Part shown: positions 1 to 9,660 of the stretch, piece by piece
Position numbering within the stretch: position 1 is the stretch's first letter
Layout of the letters: each line of letters begins with the position of its first letter
Assembly: GCA_963790025.1 (NCBI GenBank)
Contig: CAWBMP010000005.1
Coordinates: 288,001 to 352,000 of the forward strand
Reading direction: 5' to 3'
DNA: 64,000 bases
Source: Nitrospirota bacterium
Lineage (GTDB): Bacteria > Nitrospirota > Thermodesulfovibrionia > Thermodesulfovibrionales > Dissulfurispiraceae
The notes under the pieces: generated by a model
Told to the model about the DNA's origin: nothing
Database searches by the model: none
Seen by the model: only the letters and a program-made list of their open reading frames with translations
Program-made: the position numbers and the translations under genes

Positions 1-1387
1 ATACGGGACTCCCCTTACACTTGCGCTCCTGAGAGAGAAACTGGTGGAGCATGGGCTGGATGACGTTACGCTCATATCGGTAAGGCCTAGAGACATTATC
101 ACACTCGGCTGTTTTTCCGTGGAATTTATCCGGGTCACTCATAGCATAGTGGATGGTGTCGGCCTCGCGATAAAGACCCCTCTCGGCACCATTATCCATA
201 CCGGGGATTTCAAGCTCGATCCCACACCTGTCGATGGGGAACTGATGGATTTTCTCAGGTTTTCAGAGTACGGCGAAAAGGGGACTCTGCTTTTGCTTTC
301 GGACAGCACCAATGCGGAAAAGGGGGGCTTCACCTTTTCCGAAAAGGAAGTCAGCAGGGCCTTTGAGGACATTTTTTCGAAGGTGAAAGGCAGAATCATT
401 ATCGCGACTTTTGCATCGAATATACATAGGATCCAGCAAGTGATAGATGTTGCGGTACAGCACGGCAGGCGGGTCATCATGTGCGGAAAAAGCATTGTCT
501 CAAACGCACAGATAGCCCTTGATCTCGGCTATTTGAAGATGCCCGGAGATACATGGGTCAAGCTGGAAAATCTGAAGGACCTTGCCGACGAGGAGGTCGT
601 TATCATTACTACCGGCAGCCAGGGCGAGCCTATGAGCGTGCTGTCGCGCATTGCCATGGATGAACACAAGCATATCAAGGTCAAGGATGGGGACACGGTT
701 ATTTTATCGGCAAAGATGATCCCGGGCAACGAGCGCTCGATAGGCAAAATCATAAACCACCTCATGAGCAGGGGTGCGGACGTGAAGTATGAGAAGGTGT
801 CGGAAATACATGTTTCGGGACACGCGTCAAAGGAAGAGCTTAAACTGATGATGAATCTGGTGCGGCCAAAGTATTTCATTCCCATTCACGGCGAATACCG
901 TCACCTTAAATATCATGCCAGGCTGGCTGAAAAGTCGGCGATAGGAAAGGACAACACGTTTATACTCGGTGACGGCGATGTATTTGAAATTACGGAGGCG
1001 GGCGCCGCCAGGGCAGGGAAAGTGAACTCGGGGAGGATTTTTATCGACGGCAGAGGTGCAGCCGGCGTTGAAGACATAGTACTGAGAGACAGGAGGACGT
1101 TGGCCCACGACGGTATCGTCATTGTTCTTATAGGTATTGAGAAAACTACGAAGAAAATAGTATCGGGTCCCGAGATCATATCCAGGGGCTTCGTTTTCGA
1201 GGATGCTTCACAGGATATTATCAATGAAGTGAGGGATCTTATGGCCGAAACGCTTGCCGGCCTGCAGGATGACATTATTGCTGATATATCTTTGATACAG
1301 GCAAAACTTCGTTCGACGCTCAAGAAATATCTCAGAAACACCATGGATAGGCGACCGATGATCATGCCGGTCATAATGGAGGTATAA
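1..1387 (+). CDS. rnj: Ribonuclease J (5' end outside window)
   Basis: Motifs THSIVD, IHTGDFK, DSTNA, FASNIHR, TGSQGEP, HVSGH, PIHGE; frame is open back to base 2 (YGTPLTLALL). Confidence 0.95.
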   Translation, partial: YGTPLTLALLREKLVEHGLDDVTLISVRPRDIITLGCFSVEFIRVTHSIVDGVGLAIKTPLGTIIHTGDFKLDPTPVDGELMDFLRFSEYGEKGTLLLLSDSTNAEKGGFTFSEKEVSRAFEDIFSKVKGRIIIATFASNIHRIQQVIDVAVQHGRRVIMCGKSIVSNAQIALDLGYLKMPGDTWVKLENLKDLADEEVVIITTGSQGEPMSVLSRIAMDEHKHIKVKDGDTVILSAKMIPGNERSIGKIINHLMSRGADVKYEKVSEIHVSGHASKEELKLMMNLVRPKYFIPIHGEYRHLKYHARLAEKSAIGKDNTFILGDGDVFEITEAGAARAGKVNSGRIFIDGRGAAGVEDIVLRDRRTLAHDGIVIVLIGIEKTTKKIVSGPEIISRGFVFEDASQDIINEVRDLMAETLAGLQDDIIADISLIQAKLRSTLKKYLRNTMDRRPMIMPVIMEV

Positions 1388-1390
1388 CTT

Positions 1391-3481
1391 CTGACGGAAA
1401 CTTCCTATCCAAAAGCAGCGTCGGCATCTCCCGACAGTATCAACAGGCGGCTGGAAGAGATCAAAGGAGTTGCTGCCGTTTTGGGCGGCCTTTACCTGGC
1501 CCTGGCCCTTTTCAGTTACAACAAATGGGAACGGTCGCTTTTCACTTTCTCGCAGACCCCGTCCGGAAACTACGGTGGCATCGCAGGCTCCTATATTTCT
1601 GATGCTGTAGTATCACTTCTGGGACTTGCAGGTTACCTGGTGCCGCTTTTACTGCTGGTCTACGGGTTAAGGAGGATACTGAGAAAAGAAAAGAGTATCC
1701 TGCATGCATTGGGCGTGGTCATTTTCTTCTTTTCCCTGTGTATGCTGGCGCAGCTATTGTCCGAGACCATCCGCCTTATCGTTGAGCCTGCCGGCGGACT
1801 GGTCGGGCTTTTTTCGGCAAACTTTTTTGAAGGGTTGCTCTCGCGAACCGGGACATATATATTGGGTAGCGCCCTTGTCATCATTGCGTTGGTCCTTCTG
1901 AGCCCAGTGTCCATTTTTTCATTCTTGAGAGGGGGGAAGAAAGACGAATTCCAGCGTAAGGGGCCTGCAGTTATTGTCCCGGAATCTCCGTTGTACCCCA
2001 TGGAGAATGAAGAAATACTTATAGAAAGAAAACCGCCTGCAAAAGCCCCACTGAAAGTAAGGACAGGCCTTGAAGTAAAGAGCGATAACGGCTATTCTCT
2101 CCCCTCGCTGGACTTTCTGAAAGAGGGCGAAGAAGTATCGGGACCCGGCAAGGATGAATTGAATACCATCGCGTCCGGTCTGGAACGAAAACTCGCGGAC
2201 TTCGGTGTAACTGGAAAGATAAAAGGGGCCCATCCCGGGCCGGTGGTCACGATGTATGAGTTCGAGCCGGCCGCCGGAGTCAAGATCAACAGAATCGTGT
2301 CCCTGTCCGAGGACCTGGCCCTTGCTCTCCGAGCGGCGAGCATACGCGTGTATCCCATTGCAGGCAAAGCTACCATTGGTATTGAAGTGCCGAACAGGCA
2401 AAGGGCAACGGTTGCCCTCAGGGAGATTATCGCTGCCGAAAACTTTCAGCACAGCACTTCTTTCCTGACACTCGCTCTCGGCAAGGACATTTTTGGTAAT
2501 CCTGTTGTGACCGATCTGGGAAAGATGCCGCATCTCATGGTTGCGGGAGCAACCGGCTCAGGCAAGAGCGTCTCCATCAATGCGATGATCATCAGTCTGC
2601 TGTATAAGGCGGCCCCCGAAGAGGTCAAGATGCTGATGATAGACCCGAAACTGCTGGAGCTTTCCGCCTATTCCGGTATTCCCCATCTGATATCGCCGGT
2701 GATAACCAGCCCGAAGGAGGCTTCTGAAGCCCTGAAGAAAATGGTATACGAGATGGAAAGGCGATACAGGCTTCTTGCTGAAAAGGGCGCGCGGAACATA
2801 GATGCATACAACCGGCATGCTTCCCAGGGCGAAAAAATGCCTTATATAGTAGTTTTTATAGACGAGCTGGCTGATTTGATGTTTACAGCGCAGGGCGATG
2901 TTGAGAATGCCATAACCCGGCTCGCCCAGATGGCGAGGGCGTCCGGCATCCATCTGATCCTTGCGACACAGCGGCCCTCTGTCGATGTCATTACCGGTCT
3001 GATCAAGGCAAACTTCCCGGCAAGGATATCGTTTCAGGTCACATCGAGAATTGATTCGAGGACTATCCTCGACAGTCAGGGAGCTGAGCAGCTGCTGGGC
3101 ATGGGAGATATGCTTCTTATGATCCCCGGCGTCAAGATTGTAAGAATTCATGGCGCCTATGTCAGCGAAACAGAGATCAAAACTGTAGCGGAATTCGTCA
3201 AGTCGCAGGGAACACCCGACTACACGTCCTTTGAAAATATTGTAGTGCCCGACTTGCAGGAGAAGGGAATTGATGGGACGGGCGAAAGGGACGAAATGTA
3301 TCAGAAGGTGCTCGGTTTTGCCGAGTCTGCCGGAGAGGTTTCTATATCATCAATACAACGGAGATTCAAAATAGGATATAACAGGGCGGCGAGTATCATG
3401 GAGCTTTTTGAAGAGGACGGCCTGGTCGGGCCGCCGAGAGGGGCTGGAAAACCGAGAGACTTTCTGGGGAGGAGAGGATAA
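1391..3481 (+). CDS. ftsK: DNA translocase FtsK; probable CTG start at 1391 (ORF track starts at 1481)
   Basis: N-terminal TM region, Walker A AGATGSGKS, FIDELAD, ATQRPS, C-terminal gamma domain (IQRRFKIGYNRA); SD GGAGGT at 1378-1383. Confidence 0.95.
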   Translation: MTETSYPKAASASPDSINRRLEEIKGVAAVLGGLYLALALFSYNKWERSLFTFSQTPSGNYGGIAGSYISDAVVSLLGLAGYLVPLLLLVYGLRRILRKEKSILHALGVVIFFFSLCMLAQLLSETIRLIVEPAGGLVGLFSANFFEGLLSRTGTYILGSALVIIALVLLSPVSIFSFLRGGKKDEFQRKGPAVIVPESPLYPMENEEILIERKPPAKAPLKVRTGLEVKSDNGYSLPSLDFLKEGEEVSGPGKDELNTIASGLERKLADFGVTGKIKGAHPGPVVTMYEFEPAAGVKINRIVSLSEDLALALRAASIRVYPIAGKATIGIEVPNRQRATVALREIIAAENFQHSTSFLTLALGKDIFGNPVVTDLGKMPHLMVAGATGSGKSVSINAMIISLLYKAAPEEVKMLMIDPKLLELSAYSGIPHLISPVITSPKEASEALKKMVYEMERRYRLLAEKGARNIDAYNRHASQGEKMPYIVVFIDELADLMFTAQGDVENAITRLAQMARASGIHLILATQRPSVDVITGLIKANFPARISFQVTSRIDSRTILDSQGAEQLLGMGDMLLMIPGVKIVRIHGAYVSETEIKTVAEFVKSQGTPDYTSFENIVVPDLQEKGIDGTGERDEMYQKVLGFAESAGEVSISSIQRRFKIGYNRAASIMELFEEDGLVGPPRGAGKPRDFLGRRG

Positions 3482-4227
3482 TGAAGGCAAAAGGCAACAA
3501 AAGGCAAAGGGCGAAGGGCGAAGGGCTAAAGGCAGAGGCAAGAACACAAAACAGAGAACAAGAGACAAAAAATAAAAATGGGAAGTCTGTTTTCTGTTGT
3601 TTTTCGTTTTTTGTTTTTAGTTTTTTGTTTTTAACCTTCAGTCTTTTGCCTTTAGCCATTTGCCCTTTGTCTTTTGCCGGCGACGAGGTTGCGAGGATTC
3701 AAAAGGCCTACGAGAATATAAAAGACATTAAGGGGAATTTTGTCCAGAAAAGTTACATTAAGGATTTAAAGAGAACGGATACTTACAGCGGTCAATTTTT
3801 TATAAAGCCGCCTAAAATAAAATGGGAATTCAGGGGAGACAGGCCGCAGGCGATTTATATGAATGGTGAAGAGCTGCTTATTTATCAAAAGAAGGAAAAG
3901 CAGGTCTTCAAGACAAAATTCGATAAGGCCGCTTACGGCCAGATACCTATTGCGCTGCTTGGCGGTTTTGGTGATATCAATAAAGAATTTGATGCCTCCA
4001 TGAAAGCAGGGAAGTTGATACTTAAACCCAGAAAGAGGATGGGCACTATTGTCCGGATAGAGCTCACCTTGGCGGATGCGGTGTTTCCAATCGAAGCGCT
4101 TACCGTTCTGGACACGGCTTCTAATAGAATTGATATTACCCTGAAAGATGTCAAAATTAATACCGGGCTCGACGAAAGAACCTTCGAGTTCACGCCCCCT
4201 GAAGGCGTCGCTGTTATTCAACAGTGA
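3481..4227 (+). CDS. lolA: Outer-membrane lipoprotein carrier LolA family
   Basis: Follows ftsK; GNFVQ, KPPKIKW, FEFTPPEGVAVI motifs; signal peptide. Confidence 0.85.
   Translation: MKAKGNKRQRAKGEGLKAEARTQNREQETKNKNGKSVFCCFSFFVFSFLFLTFSLLPLAICPLSFAGDEVARIQKAYENIKDIKGNFVQKSYIKDLKRTDTYSGQFFIKPPKIKWEFRGDRPQAIYMNGEELLIYQKKEKQVFKTKFDKAAYGQIPIALLGGFGDINKEFDASMKAGKLILKPRKRMGTIVRIELTLADAVFPIEALTVLDTASNRIDITLKDVKINTGLDERTFEFTPPEGVAVIQQ
3483..3678. repeat. Degenerate heptamer-repeat inverted repeat (purine arm/pyrimidine arm) inside the lolA 5' end
   Basis: caaaaggcaaagggcgaagggc...taaaggcagaggc pairs with gtcttttgcctttagccatttgccctttgtcttttgcc. Confidence 0.8.
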
Positions 4228-4245
4228 AGTCGTGGAAGGGTAATT

Positions 4246-4277
4246 GAAGGCGGCAAGGAGTGCCGATGCCGCCTTCA
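4246..4277. terminator. Hairpin between convergent genes, possible bidirectional terminator
   Basis: gaaggcggca...tgccgccttc inverted repeat. Confidence 0.55.
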
Positions 4278-4294
4278 TACCGTAAGAAATCGTC

Positions 4295-5137
4295 TCAGGA
4301 GCTGTAGTATCTGCCGTTGACTTCGTCAGCTATGATGGCAAAATTGGCCTTTGAGGTTTCAAGAGGATCGGATTTCCACGAAAAGCCAATAGAAGGCACC
4401 TCAACCTTGGCCTCAAGCTGAGCGATGGCCTTGAAGCCCTCCACACGACATTGTTTCTGCGGATCATTGAAAAATATCTTCTCGTTGGTGGCTTTCCAGA
4501 CTATCAGGATATCCATCACGGCAGGAGTTGCCGGCGCCATGAACTGGGGCCATTTGGGCTGGTCAATTATGCTTAACCCCTTCATCCGAAGGGTTGCTGT
4601 CCGCCCGTCATCGCTGAACGTTAGGCCCCCCTGTGGAACGGGCGCCACCCAGTAAAGGCCACACGGCCCGACCGGGGGGTGAAAATCATGGACCTGATTC
4701 GCGGGGTCCAACTGACCCTTAAAGAGGGTTAGTCATAAATGTGTAAAGGTCCCATTATGGGCTGTTCGCCCCGTGAAATATTCGCCCTGCATAAAAGAGT
4801 TATCGGTTGTTGGGTTTCCGAAGGCAAGCCGGTTCCCCTTGTTGTCTGTCCCCATGCCCGAAAAATCCGCGCAGCGGGCTATCTTACCTTTGAAATGGTA
4901 GATGTGCGATGGTTCCTTATCGAGGCCTGCCGGCTGATTGTGGCTGCCGTTCTTGTCGAGCCAGGGTATGGGAAAGGGGTACGTGCTATTGTCATAGACA
5001 AAAGGATTCGATTCGGCAGGATTGGCTTCGGCGTTAGCCAGTCCAGGGAGAGCAGAGGCCGCCGCAAGCGCCACCCCTGACGTTAGAAAGCGCCTTCTGC
5101 TGAAGCCACGATTAAATAATGGAATCTCCTCATTCAT
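4295..5137 (-). CDS. Tat-exported protein of unknown function with an in-frame TGA at 4733-4735 (candidate selenoprotein, about 280 aa)
   Basis: SRRRFL Tat motif; ORFs 4733..5137 and 4295..4711 share a frame and are joined by TGA-LTLFKGQ; SD GGAGG before 5137. Confidence 0.65.
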
Positions 5138-5197
5138 ATGTTTTCCTCCTTCTTGGATTTACACTCAAGAGGAGCGCTGAAAGCGCTCTTAATTACA

Positions 5198-5226
5198 ATG
5201 TTAGCACCTGATTAGAAGGCGGTCAA
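5198..5226 (-). promoter_or_regulatory. Sigma70-type promoter for the Tat protein gene
   Basis: TTGACC-17 nt-TAACAT with TGn extension on the minus strand. Confidence 0.6.
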
Positions 5227-5302
5227 TCGAATGGCAACGTCGCACTGATACTCATCAGGGGCTATTTTGTTTTAAAAAGGAGCGGCTGAATAGCAGCTCA
5301 CA

Positions 5303-6172
5303 TCATTCGCCCACTTCAGGCACGACAGGCTTTCCCGAAAGCCAGTCGGTGATCGCGTTGACAGCCTTATCCTCGATACCAATATATCCGTGATGCGACA
5401 TCGCCTTGCACGGATCTACAATCATCTTCGTGTGCTTGCCGGAGACCTTGGGGCCGTCTTCGGGAGACGAGCCGCCGTAGACCTCGATGAAGTCAACTTT
5501 AGGACTCCCTTTCAAGCGCCTTTTCAGATCAAAGGCTTCCCCGATAGGTGTCGCTGAGCACCCGTCGTCGCGGTGATGCATTAAAAGTACGGGTATCGAT
5601 ATCTTCTCCAGAGGCAACCCTCCAACATACTGACCTCCCATGGTCGATGTCAGGACGACCCCTTTCAGCTCTTCATCTTTCAGAACAGTGGCAAGATACG
5701 CAACGGAAATAGTACCTCTGCTCGTCCCGACAAGATAAAAGTGATCAAGCTTCTTTTCCTTTAAGAATTCGATGATCTTTTTGATGTCCTGCGCGTGCTC
5801 GGGCGATCTTCGGAAATTATCGGACATGCCGTCTTCATGGTCCGAAGGCACATCTATGATCGCAACCGCGAATCCCTTCCGGACGAATACCGGAGATGTC
5901 CTAACCAGAAAGTTTGCGCCGAGAGTTATCTGTCCGTTATGTACTGAAAAATGTCCTTCTCCGTGGCTCCCGGGGAAAAGGAGAAGAGTCCCTTTCGATG
6001 CTGTGTCCGGTATATTAAGCAGAAACTGGATAGTCGCACCAGGCCGGGTTTCAATTTTTTGAATGCTCTGCTCAGCCTCGGCCTGATCTTTTACCATGAA
6101 TGCACTCGTGACTGCAAATGCCAGTAGGAATAGAAACCGCATGGTCGATTTATTTTTCTTCATACTTGTCAC
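5303..6172 (-). CDS. Secreted alpha/beta hydrolase
   Basis: Signal peptide; GTSRG nucleophile elbow; HHRDDGC; HGYIG. Confidence 0.8.
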   Translation of the reverse strand: MTSMKKNKSTMRFLFLLAFAVTSAFMVKDQAEAEQSIQKIETRPGATIQFLLNIPDTASKGTLLLFPGSHGEGHFSVHNGQITLGANFLVRTSPVFVRKGFAVAIIDVPSDHEDGMSDNFRRSPEHAQDIKKIIEFLKEKKLDHFYLVGTSRGTISVAYLATVLKDEELKGVVLTSTMGGQYVGGLPLEKISIPVLLMHHRDDGCSATPIGEAFDLKRRLKGSPKVDFIEVYGGSSPEDGPKVSGKHTKMIVDPCKAMSHHGYIGIEDKAVNAITDWLSGKPVVPEVGE

Positions 6173-6398
6173 CCCGCCAAATTATTTCCCGGAACAATCA
6201 TTCCGGGCCATCTGTTCATTCAAATCGATTTGAGGTATATATATTTTTTCAAAACAATCAACCTGTCATAAAACAATGCGAGATTAAATATATCACATTC
6301 CTTACTATCCAGTTACCGGCTTTATTCTCTTTGGACAGCTGTCGCTTGACCTCTATCCGATAACTACACATATAATAAACATATTAAAGGGGACCCAT

Positions 6399-7220
6399 AT
6401 GAGTGTGAATGCACATATTTTGCGAAATGGGCTTTGGGCGTGCTTGCTTCTCTTATCATTTGTGTCCTTCCTGCATGCCGCCGACGAAATGGCAGCGATT
6501 GGTACTAAACCACAGACAGGAGGGGCCACATACCGGGATTCCAGTACCGGCATGGAGTTCGTTTATGTCAAGGGTGGATGTTATCAGATGAAGTATGTGA
6601 TGGGCAATAGCAAATTGTCGCAAGAAAAGTCTGTTGATGAAGTCTGCGTGGACGATTTTTACATGGGGAAATATCCCGTGACGCAGGGACAATGGAAAGC
6701 AGTCATGGGAAATAATCCTTCATACTTTAATGACTGCGGGGACAATTGTCCTGTTGAGCAGGTCAGTTGGAATGACGCACAGGAATTCATATGTAAACTG
6801 AATAGTCGTTCAGGGGAGAACAAATATCGTCTGCCAACAGAAGCAGAATGGGAATATGCGGCAAGAAACGGTGGAAAAAACGAGCAATATGCAGAAGGCA
6901 AAGATGTTGAGAGTGTCGCGTGGTACGCTTCTAACTCCGGCAGAAAAGAAACGCATCCTGTAGGAAGCAGGACGGCAAACGGGCTTGGCTTGTATGACAT
7001 GCATGGCAATATTTATGAATGGTTGCAGGACAGGAGTTACGGCAGTTACTACACCAATAGTCTGAGAAAGAATTCTGATGGCCCAGTTTCCAGCGGTGGC
7101 CGCGTTGTTCGGGGCAGCAGTTGGGGCCACGGACCCGGTTACTCGCGGACTTCCCCCTCCTTCTACCTCCCGGTCAATCGTAACTACCTTATTGGGTTTC
7201 GTCTTCTGCGGACTCAATAG
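6399..7220 (+). CDS. FGE-sulfatase (SUMF1/C-type lectin fold) domain protein, secreted
   Basis: PVEQVSWNDA, RLPTEAEWEYAAR, NGLGLYDMHGN, RG.SW, GFRL motifs. Confidence 0.9.
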   Translation: MSVNAHILRNGLWACLLLLSFVSFLHAADEMAAIGTKPQTGGATYRDSSTGMEFVYVKGGCYQMKYVMGNSKLSQEKSVDEVCVDDFYMGKYPVTQGQWKAVMGNNPSYFNDCGDNCPVEQVSWNDAQEFICKLNSRSGENKYRLPTEAEWEYAARNGGKNEQYAEGKDVESVAWYASNSGRKETHPVGSRTANGLGLYDMHGNIYEWLQDRSYGSYYTNSLRKNSDGPVSSGGRVVRGSSWGHGPGYSRTSPSFYLPVNRNYLIGFRLLRTQ

Positions 7221-7517
7221 TTTAACTTTCAAAGGGAATCTTCCATAAAGAGGGGCTGAACAAGTTCTGCCTGAAGAAGAAAGAGTGAGAACGGGCCGGA
7301 TCAAATCGTAAACTGTTTCTTTTCGAAAGAAACCTTGCGGTTTGCTGAGCGAAACGATAGTCTATACTACCAGAAAAAGGAAACGACGGTTCTTGCGTGC
7401 CGATATTGCGTATTATAAGCAGTAGTGTGCAAGGACAAAATAACTCTTTTTTTGTTTGGCTGGAAGTTATTTTTTTTTGCGGGCCCGAAGTATCCTAATT
7501 TGTTATAATTGTCAAAA

Positions 7518-8468
7518 ATGACAGATCAAAGAAAAATAGCCATAACTATCGGAGACCCCGCAGGGATAGGGCCTGAAGTGGCACTTAAAGCGGTCCTCTC
7601 AAGCGATATAGCCGGGTCATGCCGGCCTGTGATTATCGGAGACAGGGTTGTAATTGAAGAAGCTGTTAAAAGGTTTGAACTTCCTGTCAGCCCCGGACAT
7701 ATTGAGCTGGTAAACGTCGGTGAAATTACAGACAGGGGTTTTGAAAAAGGCAGGCCCACTGCCGCGGGAGGAAGGGCTGCCGTCGCTTATATAAAAAAGG
7801 CGGTGGAGCTTGCTCTGAACAAAAGTATTGATGCTGTTGTTACGGCGCCGATATCAAAGGAATCTCTTAAGACTGCCGGCTTTAAATGGCCCGGACATAC
7901 CGAGATGCTCGCTGAGCTTACCTGTGCAAAAGAGTTTGCTATGGTCTTTTACAGCGACAAGCTCAAATTGATCCTGGTAACTATCCACACCGCTCTTGGC
8001 AATGTGCCTGCAATGATTACAAAGGACAGGGTCCTAAAAACTATAGTGCTTGCACAAACAGCGTGCTCTGTCATGGGCATTGAAAGCCCACGGATCGCTG
8101 TTGCGGCACTGAACCCGCACTCGGGCGAATCAGGAATCTTCGGCACCGAGGAAATAGATGCAATCTCTCCTGCTATAGAAGAGGCCCGCAGGAGAGGCAT
8201 TCCTGTTTCAGGGCCTTACCCTGCAGATGTCCTTTTTAACAGGGCTTACAAGGGCGAATTTGATTTAATTGTCTGTATGTATCATGACCAGGGGCTTATA
8301 CCTCTCAAGATGATAGCGTTTGACAAAGGAGTGAACTTGACGGTGGGATTGCCTATAATAAGGACATCCCCTGACCACGGCACGGCATACGATATTGCAT
8401 GGAAAGGTACAGCTAATCCTTCCAGCATGATAGAGGCCATAAAACTGGCTGTTAGAATCAGGAGGTAA
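7518..8468 (+). CDS. pdxA: 4-hydroxythreonine-4-phosphate dehydrogenase
   Basis: GDPAGIGPE, GHTE, LNPHSGE, MYHDQG, RTSPDHGTA. Confidence 0.95.
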   Translation: MTDQRKIAITIGDPAGIGPEVALKAVLSSDIAGSCRPVIIGDRVVIEEAVKRFELPVSPGHIELVNVGEITDRGFEKGRPTAAGGRAAVAYIKKAVELALNKSIDAVVTAPISKESLKTAGFKWPGHTEMLAELTCAKEFAMVFYSDKLKLILVTIHTALGNVPAMITKDRVLKTIVLAQTACSVMGIESPRIAVAALNPHSGESGIFGTEEIDAISPAIEEARRRGIPVSGPYPADVLFNRAYKGEFDLIVCMYHDQGLIPLKMIAFDKGVNLTVGLPIIRTSPDHGTAYDIAWKGTANPSSMIEAIKLAVRIRR

Positions 8469-9577
8469 TGATGCTCTTTGAACCTTTTCCCCTGGCGGGC
8501 CTTAATCTGAAAAATCGTATAGTACGTTCTGCCACTTACGAAAAAAGGGCCGATGAGGACGGTTTTGTTACAGGTGAGTTAATAGAGTTCTATGAGGAAC
8601 TGGCAAAAGGCGGCGCGGGTCTGATCATTAGCGGAAATGTCCTGGTGCATACCTCAGGACGGTCTGCGCCGCAGCAGTTATGTATCCATAATGATTTTTA
8701 TATTGACAAGCTTAAACGCCTTACCGATGCCGTACATAAACTCGATGGTAAAATTGTTGTCCAGCTTGTGCATGGTGGAAGACAATCCTCCCCTGCGCTG
8801 CTTGGCGGAGAGCAGCCCCTGGCCCCTTCGGTCGTTTATGATCCATCTACGCAAATAACACCGCGTATAATGTCGGACCGGGAGGTATGGGAAGTAATCG
8901 AATCTTTCGGTGATGCTGCTAGGAGGGCAATGTACGCCGGGTTTGACGGCATACAGTTGCACGGAGCGCACGGGTATCTCATCAGTGAATTTCTCTCACC
9001 GCATACCAACAGAAGAGACGATTACTGGGGAGGAGACGAAGAGCGGAGATTTCATTTTGTCGAGGAAGTTTACAGGGCCATGCGCAGGGAAGTGGACAAT
9101 AGCTACGCCATCATGATAAAGATGAATGCCGATGATTTTATTGAGGGGGGGCTGGCCCCTGAGCAGAGCGCGAGGATTGCAAAGCGGCTTGAAGATGCGG
9201 GGATATGCGCTTTTGAGGTGAGCGGGGGTATGCATGAGTCGGGTGGAAGGACTGCCCAGCTCAACATTCTCGGTCCTGAGCAGGAGGCCTATTTCCGGTC
9301 TGCAGCCGGTCTCTTCAAAGGGCGCCTGAGTGCGGCCGTAATGCTGGTAGGGGGAATGCGCTCCCGGCATGTAATGGAAGACGTGCTGTTGAAGGGCGAT
9401 GCTGATCTTATTTCCATGTCGAGACCACTGATAAGGGAGCCTGACCTGCCGGACAAAATGAGAGGCGGCAAGGAAAAGGCTGATTGCATTTCCTGCAACG
9501 GCTGCATGAAATTTGATAAGCTCGATGCGGTGAGGTGCACGCAAATAGAAAAAGACAAGTCAAAAAGTAAAAAGTGA
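8468..9577 (+). CDS. NADH:flavin oxidoreductase (old yellow enzyme family)
   Basis: LKNRIVRSAT, QLHGAHGYL, TNRRDDYWGG, CISCNGC. Confidence 0.9.
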   Translation: MMLFEPFPLAGLNLKNRIVRSATYEKRADEDGFVTGELIEFYEELAKGGAGLIISGNVLVHTSGRSAPQQLCIHNDFYIDKLKRLTDAVHKLDGKIVVQLVHGGRQSSPALLGGEQPLAPSVVYDPSTQITPRIMSDREVWEVIESFGDAARRAMYAGFDGIQLHGAHGYLISEFLSPHTNRRDDYWGGDEERRFHFVEEVYRAMRREVDNSYAIMIKMNADDFIEGGLAPEQSARIAKRLEDAGICAFEVSGGMHESGGRTAQLNILGPEQEAYFRSAAGLFKGRLSAAVMLVGGMRSRHVMEDVLLKGDADLISMSRPLIREPDLPDKMRGGKEKADCISCNGCMKFDKLDAVRCTQIEKDKSKSKK

Positions 9578-9660
9578 AGGAGAAAAATTAAAAACCATAA
9601 AGTAAAAGCTTTTATCTTTTGCTGCTTACTGGTCTTTACTTCTCACTTTTAACTTTTTAC
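9551..9660. repeat. Purine/pyrimidine degenerate hairpin between convergent genes
   Basis: aaaagtaaaaagtgaagg...agtaaaag pairs with cttttgctgcttact...cttctcacttttaactttt. Confidence 0.55.

Noticed and set aside
1385..1390. rnj-ftsK read-through fusion (same frame)
   Set aside because: The stop is TAA, RNase J ends at its normal C-terminus, and an SD plus CTG explains ftsK
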